Positions 37,851 to 46,840 of a DNA stretch of 64,000 nt are shown here, piece by piece (the first letter of the stretch is position 1; every line of letters starts with the position of its first letter). A program made the translations under genes and the position numbers. The notes under the pieces were generated by a model. The model was not told the DNA's origin. It ran no database searches and saw only the letters and a program-made list of their open reading frames with translations. The stretch is from a virus (taxonomy: Duplodnaviria > Caudoviricetes), in IMG/VR virus record IMGVR_UViG_2675903061_000001, positions 24,380 through 88,379 of that record; one strand, written 5' to 3'.

Positions 37851-38502
37851 GGTGCTTCACCGTATCTGGCTGGATGACCCGATGCCGCCGGAGTTCGAGG
37901 AGTACGGGCGGCGCTGGGCCGAGCTGCACCCGGGGTGGGAGATCCGGGAGTGGCGCAGCTCGGCCGAGCTTCCGGTGCTGGCCACCCAGGACCTGTTCGA
38001 CGCCGCGCGCGAGGTGTGTCCGCGGGACTGGAAGCGGTTCCAGGCGGACCTGCTGCGCCTGGAGCTGCTGGACCAGTATGGCGGGGTGTATGTGGACACC
38101 GATGTGCAGCCGCTGCGGCCGCTCGGGCCGCTGCTGGCGCAGGTCGGAGACCAGGCGTTCGTGCCGTGGTCGCCGAACCGGGGCGCGGGCGGGCGCAGGC
38201 TGCTGACGCAGTGCGTGCTCGGTGCGCCGCCGGGGCACCGGTGGATCCGGGCGTGCATCGCCGGCATCCCCGACGCGGTCAGCCGGTACCGGGGGCGTCC
38301 GTTGGCGCAGATGGTCGGCCCGCACCACGTCACCCGCGTGTGGGAGCAGAACCCGCAGGGCGTGACGGTGCTGGACGAGGAGCTGTTCGGGCCGCAGAGC
38401 AACCGCGCGCGGGACCGCGGGCAGGCCCCCGACCTGTCGCGGTCCTACGCGTGGCACCGGTGGGCGAACACCCGGGACCGGCGGCGGGGAGGTGTGCGAT
38501 GA
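37834..38502 (+). CDS. Glycosyltransferase family 32 (DXD)
   Basis: IPEVLHRIWL, HPGWE, ADLLRLELL..YGGVYVDTD and VGP motifs. Confidence 0.9.
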   Translation: MASIPEVLHRIWLDDPMPPEFEEYGRRWAELHPGWEIREWRSSAELPVLATQDLFDAAREVCPRDWKRFQADLLRLELLDQYGGVYVDTDVQPLRPLGPLLAQVGDQAFVPWSPNRGAGGRRLLTQCVLGAPPGHRWIRACIAGIPDAVSRYRGRPLAQMVGPHHVTRVWEQNPQGVTVLDEELFGPQSNRARDRGQAPDLSRSYAWHRWANTRDRRRGGVR

Positions 38503-39449
38503 CGTCGTATCAGCCTGTGTGGCGCGGCGGGCAGGCCGTCGCCGAAGGGGAGCGGGAGTGCGCGGACCGGTGGGAGCCGATCCGCGAAGTCCTCGCCGCC
38601 GTGGAGCAGCCGTTCACGGTGCTGGACCTGGGCGCGGCGCAGGGCTACTTCTCGGCCCGGGCGGCGGAGGAGTTCGGCTGCCGCGTCTCCGCGATCGACT
38701 CCGACCGGGCGGTTGCGCAGGCGGCCAGTTCGCTGGTCACGCCGTATGTGCGGCGCGTCGACGCCTCCGGCCTGCGGCACATGGCCCGGCACGATGTGGT
38801 GCTGGCGCTGTCGGTGCTGCACCACTTCGGCGACTGGCGTGCGGTGCTGCGGCAGGTGCGTGCCTGCCGGCGCTGGGCGGTGGTGGAGGTGCCGCACCCG
38901 GGCGAGCGGTGGCTGCGCTCGGCCGCCGCCCGGCACCAGCTGGCCGCGATTCATGACGCGGTCGCCGCGGTGGCCGAGCGCAGGCTGGGCGAGTTCGAGC
39001 GCACCGGCCGGGACGGCTCGCGGCACATGCGGCCGATGTACCTGCTGCGCGGCACCGTCCGCACGGTGGAGGGCGAGGTGTTCGGCGGCTCGGGCACCTG
39101 CTCGCGCAAGCTGCGCCCGCACCTCCACGCCGCGGGCCTGGACCGGGAGCTGGGCTACCAGCCGTTCCCGGGCAGCCTGAACCTGCGCTGCAAGGAGCCG
39201 CCCGTCCTGGGGGCGCCGGCGGTGAACTGGCCCGGCCGCGTCGGCGGCAAGAGCCGGCCGTACTGGTTCTGGGAGGCGTGGGTCGGGAAGCTCGCGGTCC
39301 ACGCCATGGACCCGGCCGGCCGCGGACACGGCCCCGACTGCATTGAGGTCGTCGCCCCCGTCCGTCTGCGGGACCGGCTGTCCCTGGCCGACGGCGACAC
39401 CGTCCGCCTGGACGTCGAGACCACCGAGAAGGGAGCGGACCATGGTTGA
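38499..39449 (+). CDS. Class I SAM methyltransferase fused to a CTP-dependent riboflavin kinase-like (DUF120) domain
   Basis: VLDLGAAQGYFS and LALSVLHH; then GEVFGGSG, LGYQPFPGSLNL and IEVVAPVRLRDRLSLADGDTV. Confidence 0.78.
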   Translation: MTSYQPVWRGGQAVAEGERECADRWEPIREVLAAVEQPFTVLDLGAAQGYFSARAAEEFGCRVSAIDSDRAVAQAASSLVTPYVRRVDASGLRHMARHDVVLALSVLHHFGDWRAVLRQVRACRRWAVVEVPHPGERWLRSAAARHQLAAIHDAVAAVAERRLGEFERTGRDGSRHMRPMYLLRGTVRTVEGEVFGGSGTCSRKLRPHLHAAGLDRELGYQPFPGSLNLRCKEPPVLGAPAVNWPGRVGGKSRPYWFWEAWVGKLAVHAMDPAGRGHGPDCIEVVAPVRLRDRLSLADGDTVRLDVETTEKGADHG

Positions 39450-40164
39450 CCGCTGGTCCCTGTCCCCGGCCGAGCGGGCCGCGCGGCGGGAGCGGGTGCG
39501 CCGCCGCGCCGCCGCCCGCGACGCGCGGGTGCCGGAGGGCAAGACCTACACCCTACGCAAGCACCGCAAGTCCTTTCAGATGTGGGCGTGGCCGGGGAAG
39601 ATCGCGGCCTGCCTGGAAGCCGGGAAGCCGTATGAGCAGCCGCTCCTGGAGCACATCTACGCCGAGGAATTCCGCGGTACCGCGGTCGATGCCGGCGCCA
39701 ACCTCGGCAACCACAGCCTGTGGTTCGCCGTCATGTGCGGTTTGGACGTGGCGGCGTTCGAGCCGCTGTGGGCGCAGCAGCTGCGGCACAACGTGCAGCT
39801 CAACAACCTCGGCGAGCAGATTCGGGTGGAGGCGGTCGCGCTCGGCGATGCGGACGGGGTGGCCGAGCACCAGGGCAAGGGGCGCCTGGAAACCGGCCGC
39901 GGCCAGCTGCCGGTGCGGCGCCTGGACGACTACGGCCTGACCGGCGTCTCCCTGATCAAGGCGGATGTGGAGGGCATGGAGCCGGCGGTGCTGCGCGGCG
40001 GGGAGGCCACTATCCGCCGCGACCGGCCGGTCATCTTCGCCGAGGCCTGGAACGGCACAGCCCACGAAGCTCTTGGGCAAGTGCTGGAGCCGTGGGGCTA
40101 TTCGATGACGCGGCGCTTCAAGTCCAGAGGCGTGGCGACCGCGGTGGAGAGGTGGGACGGGTGA
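39442..40164 (+). CDS. FkbM-family methyltransferase
   Basis: VDAGANLGNHS, AFEP, LIKADVEGME and RPVIFAE motifs. Confidence 0.9.
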   Translation: MVDRWSLSPAERAARRERVRRRAAARDARVPEGKTYTLRKHRKSFQMWAWPGKIAACLEAGKPYEQPLLEHIYAEEFRGTAVDAGANLGNHSLWFAVMCGLDVAAFEPLWAQQLRHNVQLNNLGEQIRVEAVALGDADGVAEHQGKGRLETGRGQLPVRRLDDYGLTGVSLIKADVEGMEPAVLRGGEATIRRDRPVIFAEAWNGTAHEALGQVLEPWGYSMTRRFKSRGVATAVERWDG

Positions 40165-40961
40165 GCGTGTCCCTGTCGGTGGCGGTGATGGCCCACCCCA
40201 AGCGCCGGCACTTCGTCGCCGAGCTCACCGCGGCGCTGGACGTGGAGGCGCCGGTGGTGTGGGACGAGCGCAACGACCGGTGGGACACCGGCCGCCGCTC
40301 CCTCCTCGCCCACGACCCGCAGGCCAGTCACCACCTGGTGGTGCAGGACGATGCGGTCGTCTGCCGCGACCTCGCCGCCGCCGCCGCTCGTGCCGCGGAG
40401 GCGGCCGGGGAGCGGCCGGTGGCCCTGTACACGGGGCGGGTGCGGCCCTACCGGGCGCGGGTGGCGCAGGCCATCGAGGGCGCCCGGGCGGCCGGTGCGA
40501 CGTGGCTGGAGATGGAAGGCCCCTGGTGGGGCGTGGCGCTGGTCATCCCCACAGCCCACATCCCCGACCTGGTCGCATGGGGCGACGGCCGCCCCGACGT
40601 GCCGAACTACGACAAGCGCATCGCCCGCTGGTACGGCCACCAGGGCATTGCCTGCTGGTACAGCATTCCGTCCCTGGTGGACCACCGCAGCGTGGCCGAG
40701 AACCCCTCCCTGGTGCCCGGGCGCACCGGGGACCGGCACGCCCACTGCTTCATCGGGCACGGCTCCTCGGGCCTGGACGTCGAGTGGTCCACCTGGGCCT
40801 TCCGGGCCGCTCAGGAGGAGCGTGACCTGCGGCGGCAGGTGCGGGAAGCACGCCGGGACCAGAAGATCCAGGCGCGGCGGCTGCGGCTTGAGGCCCGCGC
40901 GGCGCGCGCGGCCCGGCCGAGGGTGGTGAGCGCGGATGCCGGCGCTGGCAACACAGGCTGA
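40161..40961 (+). CDS. Putative GT-A glycosyltransferase
   Basis: VMAHPKR, HLVVQDDA and PSLVDH motifs seen in actinophage GTs; cassette context. Confidence 0.65.
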   Translation: MSVSLSVAVMAHPKRRHFVAELTAALDVEAPVVWDERNDRWDTGRRSLLAHDPQASHHLVVQDDAVVCRDLAAAAARAAEAAGERPVALYTGRVRPYRARVAQAIEGARAAGATWLEMEGPWWGVALVIPTAHIPDLVAWGDGRPDVPNYDKRIARWYGHQGIACWYSIPSLVDHRSVAENPSLVPGRTGDRHAHCFIGHGSSGLDVEWSTWAFRAAQEERDLRRQVREARRDQKIQARRLRLEARAARAARPRVVSADAGAGNTG

Positions 40962-41577
40962 CCTGGAGGCCCGGCTGGGCCGGCCGCTGACGGCGGAGGA
41001 GCAGGCGCGGGCGGGCGCGCTGCTGGCGGGGGCATCGGCCCGGGTCCGCGCCTATACGCGGCAGGAGTTCGACCTCGTCCATGGCGACGTGGTGGTGCTG
41101 CGGCCGGTCGGCACGGTGGTGCGGCTGCCGCAGCGGCCCGTCCTCGCGGTGTCGTCCGTGGTCGCCCTCGGCGGGGCGGAGACGATCCCGGACATCACAC
41201 TCCCGGGCGGGGCGTGGACGTGGGACGGCGCGGACAAGGTCGACATCTGGCCGCCCGATCAGGGGTGGCTGCTGAGCCTGCCCGAGTCGTGGTCCTCCGG
41301 GTGGGGCGGTGTGGACTCCTACCGCGTCACCTACGACCACGGCTACGCCACGATACCGGAGCAGGTGGTCGAGGCGGTGTGCGCGATGGTGCTGCGCAGT
41401 CTGCTGTCGCCGTCGCTGGCGCCGGGCATGGTGTCCGAGCGGATCGGCAACTACTCCTACCAGATGCAGCAGGGCGGCGGCGCGGCCGGGGCGACGGTGT
41501 CCATGACGGAGGACGACCGGGATCTGCTGCGGGACTTCCGGGTGCGCGCCACGACGATCCAGACCAGGGCGCGGTGA
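40936..41577 (+). CDS. Head-to-tail adaptor
   Basis: LATQADLEARLGRPL..RVTYDHGY..SERIGNYSY. Confidence 0.82.
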   Translation: MPALATQADLEARLGRPLTAEEQARAGALLAGASARVRAYTRQEFDLVHGDVVVLRPVGTVVRLPQRPVLAVSSVVALGGAETIPDITLPGGAWTWDGADKVDIWPPDQGWLLSLPESWSSGWGGVDSYRVTYDHGYATIPEQVVEAVCAMVLRSLLSPSLAPGMVSERIGNYSYQMQQGGGAAGATVSMTEDDRDLLRDFRVRATTIQTRAR

Positions 41578-41580
41578 CGC

Positions 41581-41949
41581 GTGAGTACCGCGATCCCCGC
41601 GGGCCTGATGCCGCAGACCCTGACGCAGGTCCGCCCGGTGGAAATCACCGACGGGTACGGGTCGCAGGAGTGGGACTACGGGCCGGACGCGACCCGCACC
41701 GAGATCACCGGGTGGCTGCAGCAGGACCAGCGGCAGGCTGTGACCGGCGGCATTACCGAGGGCCGGGACCCGCAGCGCGAGAAGTGGCTGCTGATCACCA
41801 ATCATACGGATGTGCGGGCACTGGACCGCTACGAGTGGAGCGGGCCGGCGGGCGCGGTGGTGTTCGAGACCGACGGGCCGCCGGCGCCGGTGTTCACCCC
41901 GCGGGGCTTCCACCACAGCGAGGTCGCCCTGCGGATCCTCACCGGCTGA
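41581..41949 (+). CDS. Head-to-tail stopper
   Basis: Position, size, DGYG..DY motif. Confidence 0.75.
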   Translation: MSTAIPAGLMPQTLTQVRPVEITDGYGSQEWDYGPDATRTEITGWLQQDQRQAVTGGITEGRDPQREKWLLITNHTDVRALDRYEWSGPAGAVVFETDGPPAPVFTPRGFHHSEVALRILTG

Positions 41950-41970
41950 CGACGCAAGAGGAGGCAGGCT

Positions 41971-42243
41971 ATGAGCGGTGTGCGGTTTCGTCTGAACGGG
42001 CGCGGGGTGCGGGAGCTGCTGCGCTCCGAGGGTGTGCGGCAGGATCTGGAGCGGCGTGCGGAGGCGGTGGCGCAGCAGGTCCGCGGCCGTGCGCCGGGGG
42101 TGCTTTCGGCCCATCCGGGCGGGATCGCCGCGGACTCCTACACCGGCCGCGGGAGGGCGGGCGCCACGGTGATCGGTGTGCCGCTGGATTACGAGGAGGA
42201 GCACCGGCCGCTGGGCGGCGCGATCGACGCGGCGAGGGACTGA
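41971..42243 (+). CDS. Neck/minor structural protein
   Basis: FRLNGRGVRELLRS motif typical of actinophage neck genes. Confidence 0.7.
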   Translation: MSGVRFRLNGRGVRELLRSEGVRQDLERRAEAVAQQVRGRAPGVLSAHPGGIAADSYTGRGRAGATVIGVPLDYEEEHRPLGGAIDAARD

Positions 42244-42245
42244 CC

Positions 42246-42464
42246 ATGGACACCCCGGAGCTGCGTGTGCCCGGGCACATCGAGGTCGTCGGTCAGGGGC
42301 GGCAGGCGGTGCTTCGGGTCGACGGCGAGGACTTCCCCTACGTCGTGGCGGACGGCACGGTGACGGTGCGGGTGGCGCCCGGCGAGATGCCGTCGGTGAC
42401 GCTGACACTCCTGGCGGACCGGGTGACCGTGGATGACCGGCTGCCCTGGGCCGTGGAGGAGTGA
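42246..42464 (+). CDS. hypothetical protein
   Basis: Fills the gap between structural genes; coupled to the next gene. Confidence 0.6.
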   Translation: MDTPELRVPGHIEVVGQGRQAVLRVDGEDFPYVVADGTVTVRVAPGEMPSVTLTLLADRVTVDDRLPWAVEE

Positions 42465-42880
42465 TGGCGTGGCCCGACGCGACCGGTCTGGTCATCGCCT
42501 ACCTCGGCCCGGTCGTCGCCCCCGTGGCGGTGGCGGCCAGGGTGCCGCAGCAGTCCGCGCCGCGCGAACCGCTGGTGCAGGTCCGGCGCGCCGGCGGCCC
42601 GGCGCTGCCCCCAGTGCGGGACCGGGCCCGGCTGGACATCTGGACGTGGCAGACCACCGACGACCTTGCGATGGACCTGGCCCTCCAGGTGCGGGCAGCG
42701 GTGTGGGCGTTGTCCGGCACCACGCTCCTGGGCGGCGTGACCTGCTACCGGGTGGGTGAGTTCCTCGGCCCGCGGCACGCTGATGACCCGGAGTCGACCA
42801 CGCCGCGGGTGTGGGCGACCTACGAGCTTGACCTGCGGGCGGACCAGGTGATCCAGCCCGCCCCCACGATCTGGCCCTGA
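42464..42880 (+). CDS. Tail terminator
   Basis: VQVRRAGG..RLDIWTW; position before the tail tube gene. Confidence 0.75.
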   Translation: MAWPDATGLVIAYLGPVVAPVAVAARVPQQSAPREPLVQVRRAGGPALPPVRDRARLDIWTWQTTDDLAMDLALQVRAAVWALSGTTLLGGVTCYRVGEFLGPRHADDPESTTPRVWATYELDLRADQVIQPAPTIWP

Positions 42881-42958
42881 CCGGCTGACGCTTCATTCCC
42901 CCCGGCCGCACCCGGGGCGACCAGAGAACTGACTGATCGCCCATGGAGGTGCATCACC

Positions 42959-43525
42959 ATGACGCTCGACGCCACCCAGGTGAGGGTGGGAATCACCGGG
43001 GAGGTCTACCGGGCGCCTGCCGGAACCGCCGCCCCGACCGGCCCGACGACGGCCCTGGACGCGGCCTTTGAGGGCCTGGGCTACGTCTCCGAGGACGGGG
43101 TGACCGAGGCTCACGACGACTCGGTGGACAACATCGTCGCCTGGCAGGGCGCCACGGTGGTGCGCTCCGCCGTCACCGAGTCCGTGATGACGCTGGCTTT
43201 CACCCTCATCCAGACCAACACCGTCACCCTGGAGACTTTCCACCGCGGCTCGACGATGACCGAGCCCACGCCCGGGGTGTTCAAGCTGGAGGTCAAGCCG
43301 CCGACCGCCGACCCGGGTGTGTGGGTGCTGGATGTGATCGACGGCGACAAGCACGAGCGGATCTACCTCGGCAACGCGGAGATCACCGAGCGCGGCGAGC
43401 TGATGTACGCCAACGGGGAGCCGATCGGCTATCCCATCACCATCACCGCCTACCCCGACACGGACGGCAACCTCGCGGTGAAGTGGTCGGACGACCCTGC
43501 GTGGGGCGAGTCTCTCGGCTCCTGA
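42959..43525 (+). CDS. Major tail (tube) protein
   Basis: LGYVSEDGV, AWQG and YPITITAYP motifs; GGAGG RBS. Confidence 0.88.
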   Translation: MTLDATQVRVGITGEVYRAPAGTAAPTGPTTALDAAFEGLGYVSEDGVTEAHDDSVDNIVAWQGATVVRSAVTESVMTLAFTLIQTNTVTLETFHRGSTMTEPTPGVFKLEVKPPTADPGVWVLDVIDGDKHERIYLGNAEITERGELMYANGEPIGYPITITAYPDTDGNLAVKWSDDPAWGESLGS

Positions 43526-43637
43526 CCACACGCATCTGCCGTATCCACAGACCTGCCCGGGGCCGGGTGTGCGGACCCGCCCCGGGCAGCCCCCTCACCT
43601 CCGCACACCCATCCGCACACCAGCAAGGGAGCACGTC

Positions 43638-44030
43638 ATGGGCTACGACGCCGATGCGGCAGCCGCGCGAATCGCGGCCCGCGGGGACTTCACGTTCACC
43701 TGGAAGGGCACCGAGCACGCGGTGCCGCCGATCACCGCGCTGCCCATCGGGGCCGCGAAAGCTTTCGTCGCGTCCCTTCCCGAGGGAGACGACGACGCGG
43801 CGGCGATCGCCTCCTTCGACCGGCTGCCCGACCTCTGGCCCGAGGACGCCTACCAGGCGCTGATGGAGACCCCGGGGGAGGTCAGCATCGAGATCGTCAA
43901 AGCGTGGGTCAACCACCGGCCCGAAGAGGCGGCCGGAGGTGACCCGGGAAAATCCGGCTCGCGCTCGCCGTCGCGCTCGACCCGGCCCGCTGGCACGCAG
44001 CGGAAGCGGACCTCGCGCTCCGCGGCATAG
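43638..44030 (+). CDS. Tail assembly chaperone (G)
   Basis: Between tail tube and tape measure genes; contains a slippery site. Confidence 0.8.
   Translation: MGYDADAAAARIAARGDFTFTWKGTEHAVPPITALPIGAAKAFVASLPEGDDDAAAIASFDRLPDLWPEDAYQALMETPGEVSIEIVKAWVNHRPEEAAGGDPGKSGSRSPSRSTRPAGTQRKRTSRSAA
43946..43952 (+). other. -1 programmed frameshift site GGGAAAA
   Basis: CCG GGA AAA; the -1 frame stays open to 44347. Confidence 0.85.
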
Positions 44031-44347
44031 ACGCCGAGCGGCTGCCGGTCACGCAATGGGCCGCGTGCGTGCGGGGCCTGCTGGCCGACCCCACCAGCCT
44101 GCTGGCCAAGGCGTGCGGAGCCGACGGCTACACCCTGGACCAGCACCTGCTGATGCTGATCCTCGATGCGCTGCGGACCGCTAACTGGATGCGGTCCCGG
44201 GACGGGCAGAAAGGGCGGAACCGGCCCAAGCCCGTGTCCCCGCTGGCCCGCAAGAAGGGGCGCCGGATCGGCCGCACCACCCGCTCCCCGCAGCAGGTCG
44301 CCGCCTACCTCGCCTCGATCGGGCCGCCTCGTAAGTCCGTCACCTGA
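43952..44347 (+). CDS. Tail assembly chaperone frameshift extension (GT; DUF5361-like)
   Basis: -1 frame IRLALAVALD..LRTANWMRSRDGQKGRNRPKP. Confidence 0.78.
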   Translation: MRLALAVALDPARWHAAEADLALRGIDAERLPVTQWAACVRGLLADPTSLLAKACGADGYTLDQHLLMLILDALRTANWMRSRDGQKGRNRPKPVSPLARKKGRRIGRTTRSPQQVAAYLASIGPPRKSVT

Positions 44348-44393
44348 CTGGCCCTCGCTGGCTGGCCTCCGAGCAGGCAGGGGGTGAGGCCGG

Positions 44394-46838
44394 GTGGCTA
44401 CCGAGGTCGGCACCGCTTTCGTCCGTATCATCCCCACCGCCCGCGGTATCGGCCGTGAGATCCAGTCCGTGCTCAACCGGGAGGTCTCCGGAGCCGGGCG
44501 TGAAGCCGGCCGGGAGATCAGCCAGGAGCTTCAGGAGCAGGTCGCCGACACCGGCACTGGGGCGGGGCGGGAGATCGAGCGGGATCTCCAGCAGGCCGTG
44601 GACGGCGCCGGCACCGAGGCCGGGCGGGAGATCGAACGCGAACTGGAGCGGGAGCTCGACGACACCGGCCGCCAGATCGGCGAGGAAGTCGGCCGTGAGG
44701 TCGCCGAAGGCGCCGAGGCCGGGGTCCGCCAGATCGAGGGCCCGGCCGGTGACGCCGGAGCGCAGGCCGGACAGGCGGCCGGGTCCAGATTCGGTACCGC
44801 GCTGAAGGCCGGCGTGGCCGCCGCGGCGGTGGCCGCGGGCGCGCTGCTGGTGAAGGGCTTCTCCGACTGGCTGGAACAGGGCCGCATCACCTCCCGGCTC
44901 CAGGCCCAGCTCGGGGAGACGCCGGAGCAGGCCCAGCGCTACGGCCGGATCGCCGGGCAGCTGTACGCCGAGGCGATCACGGCCGACTTCCAGGGCGCGG
45001 CGGACGCCATCCAGGCCACGATGCGGGCCGGTCTGCTGCCTCCGGAGGCCACAGACGCGCAGATCAAGCAGATGTCGACGAGCATCTCGGATCTCGCAAC
45101 CCTGATGGAGGAGGACGTCGGGCAGACTGCCCGCGCCGTCGGCAAGATGATCCGCACGGGGCTGGCGGAGGACGGCGCGCAGGCCCTGGACATCCTCACC
45201 CGCGGCGTGCAGCTGGGCGGCAACGAGGCCGGGGATCTGCTGGATACCTTCTCGGAATACTCCACCCAGTTCCGCTCGATGGGGCTGTCCGGGGAGCAGG
45301 CCATGGGGCTGATTGCCCAGGGCCTGAAGGGTGGTGCCCGCGACGCGGATGTGGTCGCGGACACCATCAAAGAGTTCTCCATCGAGGCCGTGGCCGGCGC
45401 CGAGCGCGTCGTCGGTGGCTTCGAGTCGCTGGGGCTGAACGCGGACGAGATGGTGGCCAAGCTGGCGGCCGGTGGCCCGGAGGCCGCCGAGGCGCTGGAC
45501 CTGGTTTTTGACGAGCTGCGCGGCATCGAGGACGAGGCCACCCGCAACGCCATCGCCATTGAGCTTTTCGGCACCAAGGCTGAGGACATGGCGGCCGCGC
45601 TGCTATCCATGGACCCCTCCAGCGCGGTCAAGGCGCTGGGTGAAGTCGGCGGCGCTGCTCAGGAGATGGGCGACACTCTGCGGGACAACGCCGCGCACCG
45701 GGTGGAGGCTTTCAAGCGGACCCTGGAGCAGGACCTCGTCACCTTTGTCGGCGGCACGCTGATCCCGGTCTTGTCCGATCTCAAGAGCCGGGTTGCCGCC
45801 GCGTTCAAGGGCGCCGGGATCGACAAGGCGAGCCTCGCGTCTGGTATCCGAGCGTGGTGGGCGGGCGGCAAGGGGGAGCTCGGGGGTGCGGTCACCGAGC
45901 TGAAAAGCATGGTCGCCACCGCGACGCAGGCCATCCGTGACATCTGGGCCCAGTGGGGCGGCGAGATCACCGCCGCGTACCGCGAGCACTGGTCCAGCCT
46001 GGTGCAGATCCTCAAGGGAGCCTTCCAGATCATCAAGGGCCTGTTCGATGTCTTCGCAGGGCTGCTGACCGGGGACTGGTCCCGGATGTGGGAGGGCGTG
46101 AAGTCCATCGGCAAGGGCGCCTGGAACGCCATCGTCGGCCTCATCCGCAACTCCTGGAACATCCTGCACCGCGTCCTCAAGACCGGGTTCACGATCGCCA
46201 AGAACCTCGTGACCTCCGCCTGGCGGTTCATCACGGAGCGGACCGGCGCGGCCTGGCGGTGGGTGAAAGACAAGATCGCCGAGATGATGCGCCGGGGCTA
46301 CGAAGCCGTCCGGGACAGGGCCCGCGGCATCCGCGACCGCATCGTGGCCATCAAGGACTGGGTCGTCGGCGCGTTCAAGGGCGCCGGGACGTGGCTGCTG
46401 TCGGCCGGCCTGAACATCGTGCGCGGCCTGTGGAACGGGATCCAGGCCATGGGCGGATGGCTGAAAAGCCAGGTGGTGGGCTGGGCGAAGTCCGTGCTGC
46501 CGGGTCCGATCGAGGATCTGCTGGGCATCTCGTCGCCGTCGAAGTACATGCGGGACCAGATCGGTCGGCAGGTGGCTGCCGGTCTGGCGCTGGGCATCCG
46601 GGACGGCCTGGGCGGCATCCGGGACGCGGCCGGAATGGCGGCTGATGCGGCGGTGCCGGGGCTGCCCGCGCACGCCGCGATGACCCCGGCCGGCGCCGGA
46701 GCCGCAGCCGCACCCCCGCAGCTCGTGATCCGGCCCGACGGCACGCAGATGTCCCGCCTCCTGGTGCAGATGATCCAGCTCGCGGTGGACACCCAGCTCG
46801 GCGGCAACGTCCAGCGCCTCAGCGGCCGAAGGGGGTAG
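44394..46838 (+). CDS. Tape measure protein
   Basis: 814 aa, helical, Trp-periodic repeats, LGISSPSK motif. Confidence 0.92.
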   Translation: MATEVGTAFVRIIPTARGIGREIQSVLNREVSGAGREAGREISQELQEQVADTGTGAGREIERDLQQAVDGAGTEAGREIERELERELDDTGRQIGEEVGREVAEGAEAGVRQIEGPAGDAGAQAGQAAGSRFGTALKAGVAAAAVAAGALLVKGFSDWLEQGRITSRLQAQLGETPEQAQRYGRIAGQLYAEAITADFQGAADAIQATMRAGLLPPEATDAQIKQMSTSISDLATLMEEDVGQTARAVGKMIRTGLAEDGAQALDILTRGVQLGGNEAGDLLDTFSEYSTQFRSMGLSGEQAMGLIAQGLKGGARDADVVADTIKEFSIEAVAGAERVVGGFESLGLNADEMVAKLAAGGPEAAEALDLVFDELRGIEDEATRNAIAIELFGTKAEDMAAALLSMDPSSAVKALGEVGGAAQEMGDTLRDNAAHRVEAFKRTLEQDLVTFVGGTLIPVLSDLKSRVAAAFKGAGIDKASLASGIRAWWAGGKGELGGAVTELKSMVATATQAIRDIWAQWGGEITAAYREHWSSLVQILKGAFQIIKGLFDVFAGLLTGDWSRMWEGVKSIGKGAWNAIVGLIRNSWNILHRVLKTGFTIAKNLVTSAWRFITERTGAAWRWVKDKIAEMMRRGYEAVRDRARGIRDRIVAIKDWVVGAFKGAGTWLLSAGLNIVRGLWNGIQAMGGWLKSQVVGWAKSVLPGPIEDLLGISSPSKYMRDQIGRQVAAGLALGIRDGLGGIRDAAGMAADAAVPGLPAHAAMTPAGAGAAAAPPQLVIRPDGTQMSRLLVQMIQLAVDTQLGGNVQRLSGRRG

Positions 46839-46840
46839 GC

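Noticed and set aside
38499-39449. A riboflavin/FMN biosynthesis auxiliary gene
   Set aside because: No other flavin genes; fusion to a methyltransferase inside a glycan cassette argues for another substrate (untested)
37167-40961. DNA hypermodification cluster
   Set aside because: Located in the late structural operon, with no base hydroxymethylase or nucleotide-modifying partners, and the GT types resemble glycan rather than DNA transferases
44450-44710. Repeated GREI.. units at the start of the tape measure gene
   Set aside because: Ordinary protein-level helical repeats of a tape measure protein
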